Assembly (NCBI GenBank): GCA_965248265.1
Contig: CBDFJF010000001.1
Span: forward strand, 864,001 to 928,000
Direction of reading: 5' to 3'
Length of the DNA: 64,000 bases
Source of the DNA: Candidatus Latescibacterota bacterium
GTDB lineage: Bacteria; Latescibacterota; UBA2968; UBA8231
Below are positions 1 to 10,659 of the stretch, in pieces. Below the pieces are notes generated by a model that saw only the letters and a list, made by a program, of their open reading frames with translations, had not been told where the DNA came from and did no database searches. Position 1 is the first letter of the stretch, and each line of letters opens with the position of its first letter. The position numbers and the translations under genes are program-made.

Positions 1-1758
1 CGCCAGGCTCACAGGAAAGCCGATCGGGTGGAAGGGCCACCAGGCGAAGCGCTGGCGGGCGAACATCAACAGCCCCATCATCAGCGCTCCGATGCCGGTA
101 TGGCCCCAGTAAGACCAGTTTGCCTCCGTGTTTGTCTCCAGCCGGGCGGCCGCGTCCTGCCACTGGTAGTACCCCTGCTCCTTCAGCGTGTGCGTGATGT
201 TCAGGCCCCCGTGCTCGTAGGCGGTGCCCAGAAAGACGGCCATGCCACCGCAGATCGACACCGCGATGGCGATCAGCATGCTGGCGAGGAGCATCCGGCG
301 GTGCCTCTTGATGGTCTCATCCACTACTTTGAGGCTCTGCGCCGCGCAGGCCATCACCAGGATGATCATGTCTGCCGCCCAGGCGTAGGTGAACGCGAGG
401 GCGACGATCCCCTTCGGTCCCAGGGCGCGGGTCCCCAAGCCGCCGACGATGGCGTCGGAGGCGATGATGGGACAGGCGAACCAGGGGATGCCCCCTTCGC
501 AGACGACGCGGGTGATCCCCAGGTAGAGGAGGAAGGCCAGCCCAAGGTAGAGGGGCGCTATCCAGGCCGGCACGCCGAGGAGCCAGAGCCAGACGCAGAT
601 GAAGGAGAAGCTGCCGACGAAGAGGAGGACGGCGGTGCGGTAGGACATGATCTCGTCCGGCTCGCTGGCGTCCACCTCCGACGAGAGACCCAGGGCGCAG
701 CGCACGACGGCGACGATGTGACTCCGCCCGTTCCACAGGCCGACCACCACTAGCGCGATGAAGGCGCCCAGCCCCTCGAAGGAGAAAACCGTCGGCGTGC
801 GCGTCCACGGACTCATCAGCGGGTCCGCCTCGCCACCTCCCATCAAAGTGGAGATGACCTGGTAAGCCATATAGACGAAGTAGTAGAAGCAGATCCCCAG
901 GGTGACGTCGCGGCGGATGAAATAGGCGAAGCCGATCATCATGAAATTGATGCCCAGGCGCACCCGCACGACCTCGCGGAATAGGTAGACGTACTGGCCG
1001 CCGACGTAGATCGGTTCGAGGGGGAAATACTTCATGAGGCCGTTGTTGATCCCGATGATGAAGGGGACGATGAAGCCGGCCCAGAAGATCCAGTTGCGAA
1101 ACAGGGGTTTGATCAGACCGGGGCGCGAGCCTTCGTCGGCGTCGTCCTGGATCATGGCGATGGGCAGCTGCATCATCGGGTAGACGAGCCGCTCGTTGTC
1201 GATCCACTGCTTGCGCAGGATGACGGCGGCCGAGACCATGGCAACCCAGAGGCACATCGCCATCGGCGCCCAGCCGATCAACAGGACCGGCAGCCACATC
1301 CCCCACGGCACGGTGCCGTCGCCGGACCCTTCGTAGAAACCGCGGATGTCCTGGGGGTAATGGGAGGGCACCACCCAGTCCGGAATGAAGGGGATCACGG
1401 CCTCCGCCCAGGCGTTCTCCGGGGAGATGTAGTAGGCCATGGAGGTGATGTGGGGCAGCAAGTAGTCGGGCAGGCCGTTGGTGGCGACGCCGGAGCCGAC
1501 GATCCACATCACGTAGACCTGGGCCAGCTCGGACGGCGTCAGCACCCAGTCGCGGTTGAGGAGTCCCAGCAGGGGGTTCACGAGCAGCGCCATCAGGAAC
1601 AGCATGAGGTTGGCGCCGATGGCGTAGTGCCAGGTGGACCAAGCCCCGACGTGGAGCACGTAGGTGGAGTAGTTGAACCCCGCCCCGACGACGATGCACC
1701 CGAGGGTGCCGACGATGAGTCCGCGGTAGGTGCAGCCGAAGGCGCGGGGTGTGTCCAT
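1..1758 (-). CDS. DUF6785/DUF6784-type polytopic membrane protein (putative transporter), 3' end runs off the window
   Basis: Missing from the ORF track because it has no stop in the window. Translated by hand from ATG 1758: MDTPPRAFGCTYRGLIVG...LTPSELAQVY...LRKQWIDNERLVYPMMQLP...RQRFAWWPFHPIGF, with many hydrophobic segments and family-typical motifs. Confidence 0.8.
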   Translation of the reverse strand, partial: MDTPRAFGCTYRGLIVGTLGCIVVGAGFNYSTYVLHVGAWSTWHYAIGANLMLFLMALLVNPLLGLLNRDWVLTPSELAQVYVMWIVGSGVATNGLPDYLLPHITSMAYYISPENAWAEAVIPFIPDWVVPSHYPQDIRGFYEGSGDGTVPWGMWLPVLLIGWAPMAMCLWVAMVSAAVILRKQWIDNERLVYPMMQLPIAMIQDDADEGSRPGLIKPLFRNWIFWAGFIVPFIIGINNGLMKYFPLEPIYVGGQYVYLFREVVRVRLGINFMMIGFAYFIRRDVTLGICFYYFVYMAYQVISTLMGGGEADPLMSPWTRTPTVFSFEGLGAFIALVVVGLWNGRSHIVAVVRCALGLSSEVDASEPDEIMSYRTAVLLFVGSFSFICVWLWLLGVPAWIAPLYLGLAFLLYLGITRVVCEGGIPWFACPIIASDAIVGGLGTRALGPKGIVALAFTYAWAADMIILVMACAAQSLKVVDETIKRHRRMLLASMLIAIAVSICGGMAVFLGTAYEHGGLNITHTLKEQGYYQWQDAAARLETNTEANWSYWGHTGIGALMMGLLMFARQRFAWWPFHPIGFPVSLA

Positions 1759-2031
1759 GCGAGCAAGTAGAGGTCGGGTGGGCCCGGCTCCTGGTGCGCA
1801 GAAGATTGCGGCCGAGCGCAGCGTTCGCAACCGGTCGCGAAGACCAGCCGTAAGCCGGACGATAATCGGTCAGATCAACCCGACACTATAGCCACAGAGG
1901 AGCTGCTCTACAAGGCGGGGAGCCTTGGCGAAGTTGGACCGCACGGACTCTGCCGTTCACATTGGCAGAGGCACGGCACACGAACGTCCCACGGTTCCTA
2001 TGTCCGATGCTCCCCCCTGCAGATTTGATAC

Positions 2032-2922
2032 ATGGCCAACATAGAGCCCGTTAAGGAATCGCATGTTCCTCATTTGACTACGCTTGTTGACTATCATTTG
2101 GGGACTTTGGTGCCGGGCTGGGCCGTGACACCCGACTATATGGCCAGTCGGCTCCGTCGCGACCCCGACGAGGTGATCACTGACGCTTGGATCCAAGAGC
2201 GAAGGACTCTGGTTGCCATGGACGAAGACCGTCTTTTGGCGGCGATTCATCTGCATCGATATGGAGACGATACGCCAAACAAGGGTGTTGGTGATGCCTC
2301 TTGGTTGCTGTTTTGGCCAGGCGAGACAGATGCAGCCTCCTCCTTACTTACCAGCGCACAAGCTGCCATGGCTGATTGGCATGTGGAGACTGAATGGATC
2401 TTTGGAACAGGATTGCCGGTGCCATTGTGCAACGGTGTGCCAGATACTTGGCCGCATATAGCCGATTTCATTCAGAATGCGGGCTATTGCGATACCGATT
2501 CTGAGGAGGCGCTGTACTTTGGTCCTGCCGAACCTACCAGTGCCCCACCAGACCCTCCAATCGAGGGGATGGTCATACACCAAGACGATGGCGAGTTCGG
2601 GGCTCGCTTCAGGGTCTTTTCAGGCGACAAGGCCATCGGTGGCTGCGAGTGTGTCGTGGACATGACTCGCGGTGGACAATTGCCGGCCCTTCGTGCATGG
2701 ACCGAGCTATCAGAAGTCGAGGTCGACGAGGCGTATCGCAACAAAGGTGTCGGCCGCTGGATGCTGCAACACGTCGCACAATGGCTTGCAGACCATCAGT
2801 ACAAGCACGTCGTGCTCTGTGTTGCCAAGGATGCCGAGTTACGGGGTGCAGGCAGGTTGTACCAGCGCCTTGGCTGGGAGCCGAGGGCAGTTAAGAAGCG
2901 AGGTTGGGTCAGGCGGCATTGA
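2032..2922 (+). CDS. GNAT family N-acetyltransferase
   Basis: C-terminal acetyl-CoA motif VDEAYRNKGVGRWML and A..LYQRLGW. Confidence 0.8.
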   Translation: MANIEPVKESHVPHLTTLVDYHLGTLVPGWAVTPDYMASRLRRDPDEVITDAWIQERRTLVAMDEDRLLAAIHLHRYGDDTPNKGVGDASWLLFWPGETDAASSLLTSAQAAMADWHVETEWIFGTGLPVPLCNGVPDTWPHIADFIQNAGYCDTDSEEALYFGPAEPTSAPPDPPIEGMVIHQDDGEFGARFRVFSGDKAIGGCECVVDMTRGGQLPALRAWTELSEVEVDEAYRNKGVGRWMLQHVAQWLADHQYKHVVLCVAKDAELRGAGRLYQRLGWEPRAVKKRGWVRRH

Positions 2923-3081
2923 GCTCCACCAAGACCCTGCGGGAATCAGATCCACGATAGATATCATCGAGTACTATCCGTTTCGCGTTAGGCTGGTGGT
3001 TGTGTGCGTCGGCTGGGTGAACGTCGTTTGCTCAGTCTGAGGTCCGTAGCCGTGCCCCGTGTATCCGATGTGACCATGTGT

Positions 3082-3963
3082 TCACGCCTGGCCGAAGAAA
3101 ATCGGCTGCGTCCAGGCACTGCGTCCCGCGTCGCCGTAGCACTCGAAACGGACGTACAACGCCGTGTCCGGGACGTGGACTTCCAGCGAGTTGCCATCGG
3201 TGACGGCAACGCCCGCACTGCCCTCACGCCAGGCGGCGATGCGACCGGCGTTGGCGGCTCGCACACGGATGTGATAACCGTCCACTTCGATTTCGTCAAT
3301 CGTCACCCCGGTAGAGCAGTAGAAGCGTCCGGCCCGCAGCATCTCCATGACCCCATCGACAGTCCGATCGCGGACGTACCCGACGATCCAGGCACGGCCG
3401 GCGTCCGACGGTCTGTGGTAATCGTCGCTGGCAAGGCCCCACACGCGATGACCGGCGGTGAGCAGAATATCCCACTTGTCCGTGGCCAGCGGTGATCCCT
3501 TGCCCATGATGCCGCCCGCGTTGTAGATCTCGATGCCGTGGTATCCTTGCAGAGCCTCCAATTGCTCGATGGGGTTGTGGCTGTGGCGGACGCCGTCGTT
3601 GGGGTGGTTCAGTACAGCAAAGCCGCCGTCGGCATTGATCTGATCGATGACGGTTTGGCGATCCTCGAGCGGCTCCACATGGCAGTTAGCTCCAACGTGA
3701 AGGATGTGGCACCCATTCTTGCTCACCTCGTTGCCGGGCAACAGCACCATCCCGCAGTCGTCCCATTGGGCGATCTCTCCCTGGCTCCAGGTGCGGTCAT
3801 GCTCGGTCAGAGCTAGGAAGCCGTATCCGAACTGAGCATAGCGAGTACAAATCGACGAGGGATTGTCGCGTGGTCGAGGGTGGTTGTGGAGGTTTCCGCG
3901 CAGCCAGCGACCGCCGCAAAGGTCGTCGTAGGGATTTTGCCGTTTGTCGTGCATCTTAGTCAC
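3082..3963 (-). CDS. PHP-domain metallohydrolase (CehA/McbA-like)
   Basis: GNLHNH, LTEHD, GNEVS, NHP, GIEIYN and SDDYH metal motifs. Confidence 0.8.
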   Translation of the reverse strand: MTKMHDKRQNPYDDLCGGRWLRGNLHNHPRPRDNPSSICTRYAQFGYGFLALTEHDRTWSQGEIAQWDDCGMVLLPGNEVSKNGCHILHVGANCHVEPLEDRQTVIDQINADGGFAVLNHPNDGVRHSHNPIEQLEALQGYHGIEIYNAGGIMGKGSPLATDKWDILLTAGHRVWGLASDDYHRPSDAGRAWIVGYVRDRTVDGVMEMLRAGRFYCSTGVTIDEIEVDGYHIRVRAANAGRIAAWREGSAGVAVTDGNSLEVHVPDTALYVRFECYGDAGRSAWTQPIFFGQA

Positions 3964-4203
3964 CTTTCGTTTATCGAAAGCCAGTCAAAGGCCTTTGCCT
4001 CTGCCAAGGTTCCCCCGACAGCTGCACCCTGTGCATTGTTGCCTGTCTCAATCCGACGGGCGAGATTTCGCTCCAATAGTGCACTGTGGACAGGGTCTTG
4101 GCCTCGGTGAACTTAGTGTGCCGTCCACCGCCGTCCACTATATTCAATCCAAATGCCTGATTAATGCTCGCAGACGAGCATCGTTGTAGCAGGACAATAA
4201 CCG

Positions 4204-4237
4204 GTCGCGTCTTGGCAATCCGTTGCCAAGATGCGAC
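4204..4237. other. Intergenic 15-bp inverted repeat (hairpin)
   Basis: GTCGCGTCTTGGCAA-tccg-TTGCCAAGATGCGAC with one G-U pair. A smaller ATGCTCG-caga-CGAGCAT hairpin lies at 4164-4181. Confidence 0.5.
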
Positions 4238-4840
4238 GCAGAATCCGCCAATGTCAGCCAGGTTGACGCAGTGCCAGCGTCCGAGATTCCTTAGTAGGAG
4301 CTACTAATCAAGCTCTGAGAGCACACCCTGGCGTTCTTGGCCGCCCTGGTCGGACGCATGTGAGGCAGCATCAACATGGACTTCTAAAATGTTCAGTTTT
4401 GATGGACGGGAGATATGACGACAGGCGGACTCGTCATCCGCGCATTTGCGCCTCACGATTGGGTTGCGCTCTGCGAGTTGTACGAACCGGCTGAAGGGGG
4501 TTGCACCCCCGATTCTTGTCGGTAACGGCCTCCGACTCTGCGATCATCAAAATGTTGCCCTTAACACTTGCGTCACCGCCACTTCGCACGCGAGGCAGGG
4601 CAAAACGCCCCTGTCTGACCCACCTCTATGTGTAGCTTTTTCAGAATCCCAGTTCCTCGTCCCAGATGTCGAGCCCTTGATCAATTGGCGCTTTCATGGA
4701 CGAAGCCACATTGGCGTACTGCTTCTATTCACTAACTACCGCCTGCAGTCGGCTGGTCCGGGGTGCCTCTTGTGCGTAGTGTTCAAAGGCAACGCATCGG
4801 CTCCAACCACCGTAGCAATAGCCCCGCAGCAATAGCCACC

Positions 4841-5851
4841 GTGCAAACCAATCGGCCTCGCATCGTCGTCACACATTGGGCGCACAGGGCCGTTCTCGAT
4901 CTACTGGCTTCACACGGTCAGGTGATTGCCAACGACACGCGAGAGCGCTGGACACAGGACGATTTGATCGACCGAGCTGGCGACGCGACGGCATTGCTCG
5001 CGTTCATGCCTGACCGGATTGACGACGCATTCCTGCAGGCGTGCCCGCGCTTGAAGATCGTCGCCGCCGCGCTCAAAGGCTACGACAACATCGACGTCAA
5101 AGCCTGCGCGCAACGCGATGTCTGGGTGAGCATCGTGCCTGACCTGCTCACAGAGCCAACCGCGGAACTGGCCATCGCGCTCTTACTGGGATTGATCCGC
5201 AACGTTCTTCCGGGTGACCGCTTCGTGCGGTCTGGGACGTTCCGTGGCTGGCGACCGCTGCTGTACGGCGCGACGTTGTGCGAGGCGACTCTGGGTATCA
5301 TCGGGATGGGTGCTGTCGGACGCGCTATCGCGCGAAGACTTCATGCCCTGGGGGCGGCCGTCGCGTACCATGACCCCGAGCCGCTGGATTCAGACACCGC
5401 GCAAACACTGCACGCACAACCGCTCGCCCTCGATGCGTTGCTCGACCGGGCCGATATGCTCATCGTCTCGGCACCGCTGACGGCGGCATCGCAGCACCTG
5501 CTCGACGAACGTCGACTTCGCCGGCTCAAACGCGGGGCGTATGTCGTCAATATCGGACGCGGCTCAGTCGTGTCCGAGCAGGCGGTTGCCGAACTGCTAC
5601 GCGAAGGACATCTGGCTGGCTATGCAGCCGATGTGTTCGAACTGGAAGATGCCTCGCGCCCCGATTGCCCAACCGACATTCCCGCCGCCCTGCTGACGCA
5701 GGCGGACAAGACGTTGTTCACACCGCACCTCGGGTCTGCCGTCGATTCGGTACGCCGTGATATCGCCTTCGAAGCGGCATACTCCATCGTCGACGTACTC
5801 GAAGGCCGCACACCGCGGCACGCGATCACTCCTCGGGAATGGCGGTCGTGA
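4841..5851 (+). CDS. ptxD: NAD-dependent phosphite dehydrogenase
   Basis: PtxD signatures AFMPD, ALKGYDN (Lys76 equivalent), VPDLLTEPTAELAI, GWRP, GMGAVG, GRGSVV (Arg237), ADVFELED (Glu266), FTPHLGSAV (His292). GTG start chosen to match the PtxD N-terminus. Confidence 0.9.
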   Translation: MQTNRPRIVVTHWAHRAVLDLLASHGQVIANDTRERWTQDDLIDRAGDATALLAFMPDRIDDAFLQACPRLKIVAAALKGYDNIDVKACAQRDVWVSIVPDLLTEPTAELAIALLLGLIRNVLPGDRFVRSGTFRGWRPLLYGATLCEATLGIIGMGAVGRAIARRLHALGAAVAYHDPEPLDSDTAQTLHAQPLALDALLDRADMLIVSAPLTAASQHLLDERRLRRLKRGAYVVNIGRGSVVSEQAVAELLREGHLAGYAADVFELEDASRPDCPTDIPAALLTQADKTLFTPHLGSAVDSVRRDIAFEAAYSIVDVLEGRTPRHAITPREWRS

Positions 5852-6057
5852 TGGCAACACAGCGCGACGAGCCAACAGGAGGAGGAGACGCCGTCATGAG
5901 CGCCCGTGAGACATTTCTCGCGCTCAGACGGCTTGGCAAGCGTGTAGAAATGCGAGAGTACCGCCGGGAGCAGCACGTCATGACCTGGTCAGCTGGTGAC
6001 ACCAGGGACTACTATGCCAGTGTGCTGAGATGGTTCGGGGAGTTCCTGCGAGCGTAG
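5839..6057 (+). pseudogene. C-terminal fragment of an S9 (prolyl oligopeptidase) family peptidase
   Basis: FLALRRLGKRVEMREYRREQH...VLRWFGEFL matches the S9 tail containing the catalytic His. The rest of the gene is absent. Confidence 0.6.
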
Positions 6058-6135
6058 AGACCGGTTTTTCCAGTTAGGTTGTTGCCGACCATCAGATAAT
6101 GAGAACGATGGCCGCCCCGGGTGTGACTGGCCAGG

Positions 6136-8847
6136 TCAATCTCCTCCGTACCGCACCCATACCTCTGTCACGCGCGGTGTCGATAGGCTGTTGTAGGCGC
6201 CGAGAGCGAGTCGATACTGAATCCATCCTCCGGCCGGGTGCCGCGGTATGATATCACCGTTGGCGAGCCAGCTATCCACGCCATCGCCGCCGAACCAGGG
6301 CGAGATCTCGAGTTCCTGTTCCGATGAGCTGAACCGGACCTGGGCATGGACCCAGGTTCTAGGTGGGACCTGCGCCTCCCATCCGATCTGACGCGCGCCG
6401 GTTCGGGTCGGGAGCTTGAATGGTGGTGATACGTAGTATTCCTCCGGGCCGCGGTCGGCGATATTGCCGATACCGATCGCGTTCATGCCGTGCGGGCCGG
6501 CGGTCGGAAGGTGGGTCACCCGATCAGTGCTGAGCCCCTCCGGACCGTTCCACATGATCCATGACTGACCCCTGTGGTCGCCCCAGACCTTGTGGTTGGC
6601 AATGGCGAGGTCGGTCTTGCCATCGTTGTCGAAATCGGCGGCGATGCATCCCGATGCTGAGTGGGTGAAGAAACGCGAGCGATCGGAGGCCGAAAAACCC
6701 CGGCCCTCTCGGTTCCAATAAAGGTATGAGTCGAGATCGCGCTCACGGCTGCTGGCATAAGAACAGACGAATAGATCGAGAAGGCCGTCGCCGTCGAAGT
6801 CGGCAAGGCACATTGAATTCACCGTTTCTGCCGGCAAGAGCATGTGCCGATCCTCGCGCAACCCCTCCGGCCCGTTCCAGTAGATGTAGACGTAGGAATC
6901 CTTGGGGGATTCGGGCGACTGGTGGTGGCCGCCGATGAGTAGGTCGAGGTAGCCGTTGTTGGTGAGGTCGGCGGCGCGAGCACAGGCGGCACGGAAAACG
7001 GAGAGCACCTGACAGTTGTCCATGCTGAAGCCGTCCGGACCACCCCAGAGGATGAAGCTGCGGTCGGCCGTGATCTGCGGTACGACGATGTCGAGCCACC
7101 CGTCGTTGTTCAGATCGGCTAGGTAGATCCAGCGGGGCTCGTCGTAGACGACGCCGTCGAGCTCCATACGGATCCGCACCGGGTTCAGGTCGAATCCCGA
7201 GCTGCTGCCGTAGAAGACCAGCAGATCCGGAAAGCCGAAGCCCCCGAAAACAACGTCGAGGTATCCGTCGCGGTTGAGGTCGGCGCAGCAGACTCCGTGG
7301 GCATGCACGGTGGGCAGGACGATATCGGGATCCGAAAATCCGTCCTGGCCGTTGAAGAAAACGTAGGAGCCGGGGTCCTCGCAGACGCTCGAGTACTCGG
7401 AGGCGTTGCAGGTGATCAGATCCACGTACCCATCGTCGTTGAGGTCGCAGGAGATCGCCTCGACGGCCCCGGAACTGGGGATCTGGTGACGTCGCTCAGC
7501 CGCGTAACCCTCCGGACCGCCGAAGTAGATGGTGGCCGGCACATCGTCTTGGGCCGTGCCACTGAAATGGTTCACGACGGCGACGACCGGATCTCCGCCT
7601 GCGGTTGGTCGGCCGATCAGGGCACTCCGCGCGTCGTGTGAGAGCAACCGGACCGGTGGCTCGAACTGCTCAGTGCTCGAGCACCGGTAGGCGAGAGACT
7701 CGGTCGTGAAGGATGCCCGGGTCCGGTTCTGACAGAAGACGACCTCGTCGCGGCCGTCACCATCTAGATCACTGACCGCCGTGTGGCAGGCGCGGTGGGT
7801 GGTGAGAGCAGCTCTGCGGTCCTCCGAATAGACAACGTCACTGCCCCAGTAGACGTAAGACCGTTCACTTTTGGAAGCCGGAGCGCGAGCAGCCACCACA
7901 AGATCAGTCCTGCCATTTCCGGTCAAGTCGCCCACGGCAGCGGCCATGGGGTGCTGGCATGCAAAGACGAGCGGCTCACCGAACTCACGGTTGTCCCGAA
8001 CCGGGACGAGCTCGAAGGTGTCAGTGCTGGGAGCGAACAGATGGGGCCTCACGAGCTGGATGATCCCCACGAGGGGGTGGGCGTCTCCGACGTACTCTGC
8101 CGCCGATACACCCTCAGGGGGCGTCCCGTCACCACCCGTCCCGCAGGGGGCGGCTCGCACCGGAACCGCGGAACACCTCTCCGGCCCGAGGCCATCCGGT
8201 CCCCCCCAGTACACGGTCAGGCACCCGTCTTGAGCGCGCACAGCGAGATCGGCGGCGCCATCACCGTCGAGATCACCCGCTGCGAGGCTCTCTCCAGCGA
8301 TCTCGAGATCTACGAACCGTTTCGGCTCGAATCCGAGCTCGTTCTGGTAGAAAACTCGGAGGCGACCGTTGCAGAGGAAAGCTAGATCGGGTCGACCGTC
8401 GCCGTCAAAGTCACCTGCGGCTACGGCGGTGCATTTGGGCACCGGCAGTTGCTGCTGGTACCTCTCGCTCCAACCCTGGGGTGATCCGAAGTAGACGATC
8501 GCGTTGAGCCCGAGGGTCGTCACCCCATTGTCGTGGCAACCGAGAACGAGGTCGTCGTGGCCGTCGCCGTTCAGGTCGGCAACTACGCCAGCCACAGCGC
8601 CTTCCGACGGCAGCTCGCATCTGTCTGCCCTGCCGAAGACATCGGTGTGGACGTAGGCGGGAGGTCGCTCCCAGTGCGCCTGGGAGTTGCAGAAGACCAG
8701 GTCGACGTAACCGTTGCCGTTCAAGTCGAATTGGTGAATGCGCTGCAGCACGCCACCCCGTGACACGTACAGGTTCTGGCCGCCATTCCCAAAGCTACCG
8801 CGCCGAAACCCTTCGAAACCACGTGTGACCCACACACCTTCAGTCAT
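6136..8847 (-). CDS. FG-GAP/VCBS repeat beta-propeller protein
   Basis: More than ten DLxxDG..DL / DFDxDG..DL repeats. ATG 8847 follows GGAGG. No obvious signal peptide. Confidence 0.85.
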   Translation of the reverse strand: MTEGVWVTRGFEGFRRGSFGNGGQNLYVSRGGVLQRIHQFDLNGNGYVDLVFCNSQAHWERPPAYVHTDVFGRADRCELPSEGAVAGVVADLNGDGHDDLVLGCHDNGVTTLGLNAIVYFGSPQGWSERYQQQLPVPKCTAVAAGDFDGDGRPDLAFLCNGRLRVFYQNELGFEPKRFVDLEIAGESLAAGDLDGDGAADLAVRAQDGCLTVYWGGPDGLGPERCSAVPVRAAPCGTGGDGTPPEGVSAAEYVGDAHPLVGIIQLVRPHLFAPSTDTFELVPVRDNREFGEPLVFACQHPMAAAVGDLTGNGRTDLVVAARAPASKSERSYVYWGSDVVYSEDRRAALTTHRACHTAVSDLDGDGRDEVVFCQNRTRASFTTESLAYRCSSTEQFEPPVRLLSHDARSALIGRPTAGGDPVVAVVNHFSGTAQDDVPATIYFGGPEGYAAERRHQIPSSGAVEAISCDLNDDGYVDLITCNASEYSSVCEDPGSYVFFNGQDGFSDPDIVLPTVHAHGVCCADLNRDGYLDVVFGGFGFPDLLVFYGSSSGFDLNPVRIRMELDGVVYDEPRWIYLADLNNDGWLDIVVPQITADRSFILWGGPDGFSMDNCQVLSVFRAACARAADLTNNGYLDLLIGGHHQSPESPKDSYVYIYWNGPEGLREDRHMLLPAETVNSMCLADFDGDGLLDLFVCSYASSRERDLDSYLYWNREGRGFSASDRSRFFTHSASGCIAADFDNDGKTDLAIANHKVWGDHRGQSWIMWNGPEGLSTDRVTHLPTAGPHGMNAIGIGNIADRGPEEYYVSPPFKLPTRTGARQIGWEAQVPPRTWVHAQVRFSSSEQELEISPWFGGDGVDSWLANGDIIPRHPAGGWIQYRLALGAYNSLSTPRVTEVWVRYGGD

Positions 8848-9209
8848 CTCGCCTCCGGAACGGTGTGGGTTGAGTGGGGCACTTCGTGGGGGACCCGCAC
8901 CAGGCAATTTCGCTCAGGGCTTCTTGAAGCTGCGATAATCGTTTGCTCAGTCCGATTGACGGCAAGCACCTAGTTGCTGCTTGAGATCAGCTTTGCACCC
9001 GAGAGTCGACTTTCCTATCGAAGTCGGCACCAGGTTGTGGCAGAGGTCACTGCATCCCGCAGTAATCTCGAGACCATGCTCATGGCGTCCGGTAGCCGCT
9101 CAACGAAGGAGGCCTCGGCTACTTGACGGACCCACGATCCGTTTTATGAACTATCCGTTCCGCCATGCCCGGGCTTATCAGCCGAGCTTCGAATCTGCTC
9201 GGAAGCTGC

Positions 9210-10532
9210 TTACTCGCCGAAGTACCCGGCTTCACCTCGGGAATCGATGAACCCCTTCAGCCTGGCCTCGGCGAGATGGACCCCCCTCAGGAGCACCCCC
9301 CGCGAATCGAGACGACGTCTCGGCGCCTCCCGCAGCTCCATCGCGATCACCGTAGCGAGTTCGTCCGGGGCCGTTTCCGGCATCCCCTGCAGTACCAGGT
9401 GGTCCCCTGTCTGCTCGAAGTCGATGGGTTCGCCGCTGACCAGGAACCGTGCCGAGAGCACTTCGGTCTCCAGCCCCCTCATCTCGATCTGCTGTCCCTG
9501 CTGTCCCGGCCAGAGGTACAGGTGCAGGTAAAGGGTCCTCGCCCTGAAGGTGAAGATCCCGAGCTGCATCCACTCCGGACGCTGGATGCGCTCCGAGTTG
9601 TATACGGCTTCCCCGTTAGCCCGCATCCACTCGCCGACCCGCTTCAGAAGCCCGACGCACGGCTCCGGGACAGAGCCGTCCGCTTCGGGCCCGACGTTCA
9701 GCAGCAGGTTGGCCCCGCCGTTGGCGACCTGCCCCAGCATGCGCACGATCTGCACCGGGGTCTTCCAGTCATCGCCCGAGGCTCTATAGCCCCAGTTGTT
9801 GTTCGTCGTGAAGCACGCTTCCCAGGCGCGGTCGGACTCGGCATACGCCCAGATACGCTTTTCCGGCGTGTTGAAATCCTCCTTGCTCCAGGACCGGTTG
9901 TTGATCAGGATGTCCGGCTGAAGCTCGCGCACCATCGCGTTCATCTTTGCGCTCTCCCACCCCTCCTCGTCCAGCGGCGCGGCGCCATCGTACCACATCA
10001 CATCGATCTTGCCGTAGTTCGTGCACAGCTCCCTGACCTGACCGTGGATGAAGCTGACAAGACGCTGCCGCGCCGCCTCATCGGTCGCACATTGATGCCA
10101 GTCCGGATGGTGCCAGTCCATCAGCGAGTAGTAGAAGCCGACCCGCAGGCCCTCCGACCGACACGCGTCGACGTATTCGGCCACCAGATCGCGGCCCGCT
10201 GCCGCCTTCGCTGATGTGCAGTCGGTGAGTGGTGAATCGAACAGGCAGAAGCCTTCATGGTGCTTCGTCGTCATCACCATGTACTTCATCCCCGCTTCGC
10301 GGGCCAGGCGAGCCCACTCCCGCGCCGGGAACGGCTTGGGCCTGAACAGCCCGGCAAGCCGCTCGTACTCCTCTTCACGGGAACGTTGCGAGAGGGAGCG
10401 ATGGGGCGCTGGCCAGCCTTCAGCCCCGGAGAGGGCGTACAGCCCCCAGTGCACGAACATGCCGAACCGCGCCTCGTTGAACCATTCGAGCCTTCGAGCT
10501 CGATCTTCGTCTTCAGCAGTTTGGTCTGACAT
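9210..10532 (-). CDS. Alpha-L-fucosidase (GH29)
   Basis: WFNEARFGMFVHWGLY, TTKHHEGFCLF, WYDG nucleophile, LLLNVGP. Confidence 0.92.
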   Translation of the reverse strand: MSDQTAEDEDRARRLEWFNEARFGMFVHWGLYALSGAEGWPAPHRSLSQRSREEEYERLAGLFRPKPFPAREWARLAREAGMKYMVMTTKHHEGFCLFDSPLTDCTSAKAAAGRDLVAEYVDACRSEGLRVGFYYSLMDWHHPDWHQCATDEAARQRLVSFIHGQVRELCTNYGKIDVMWYDGAAPLDEEGWESAKMNAMVRELQPDILINNRSWSKEDFNTPEKRIWAYAESDRAWEACFTTNNNWGYRASGDDWKTPVQIVRMLGQVANGGANLLLNVGPEADGSVPEPCVGLLKRVGEWMRANGEAVYNSERIQRPEWMQLGIFTFRARTLYLHLYLWPGQQGQQIEMRGLETEVLSARFLVSGEPIDFEQTGDHLVLQGMPETAPDELATVIAMELREAPRRRLDSRGVLLRGVHLAEARLKGFIDSRGEAGYFGE

Positions 10533-10659
10533 CGCCGACAGTACCTCGGAGGATAGGGCGTTTGATGTTATGGATAGTATCAGCCGACAATCAGGTGGTG
10601 TCGATGGCAAGAACAAGGTGTCACGGACCCGGCAGGAACGGGCGTTTCGACCTGTCCCG

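Noticed and set aside
28-1770. ORF-track ORFs 28-753, 317-1699 and 1360-1770
   Set aside because: Shadow frames of the real minus-strand membrane protein (1-1758). They are low-complexity Arg/Gly/Pro-rich translations typical of GC-rich DNA.
9165-10214. 349-aa plus-strand ORF, and similar long antisense ORFs such as 29304-30419, 52969-54054 and 59402-60283
   Set aside because: Antisense mirrors of well-supported genes, with no motifs.
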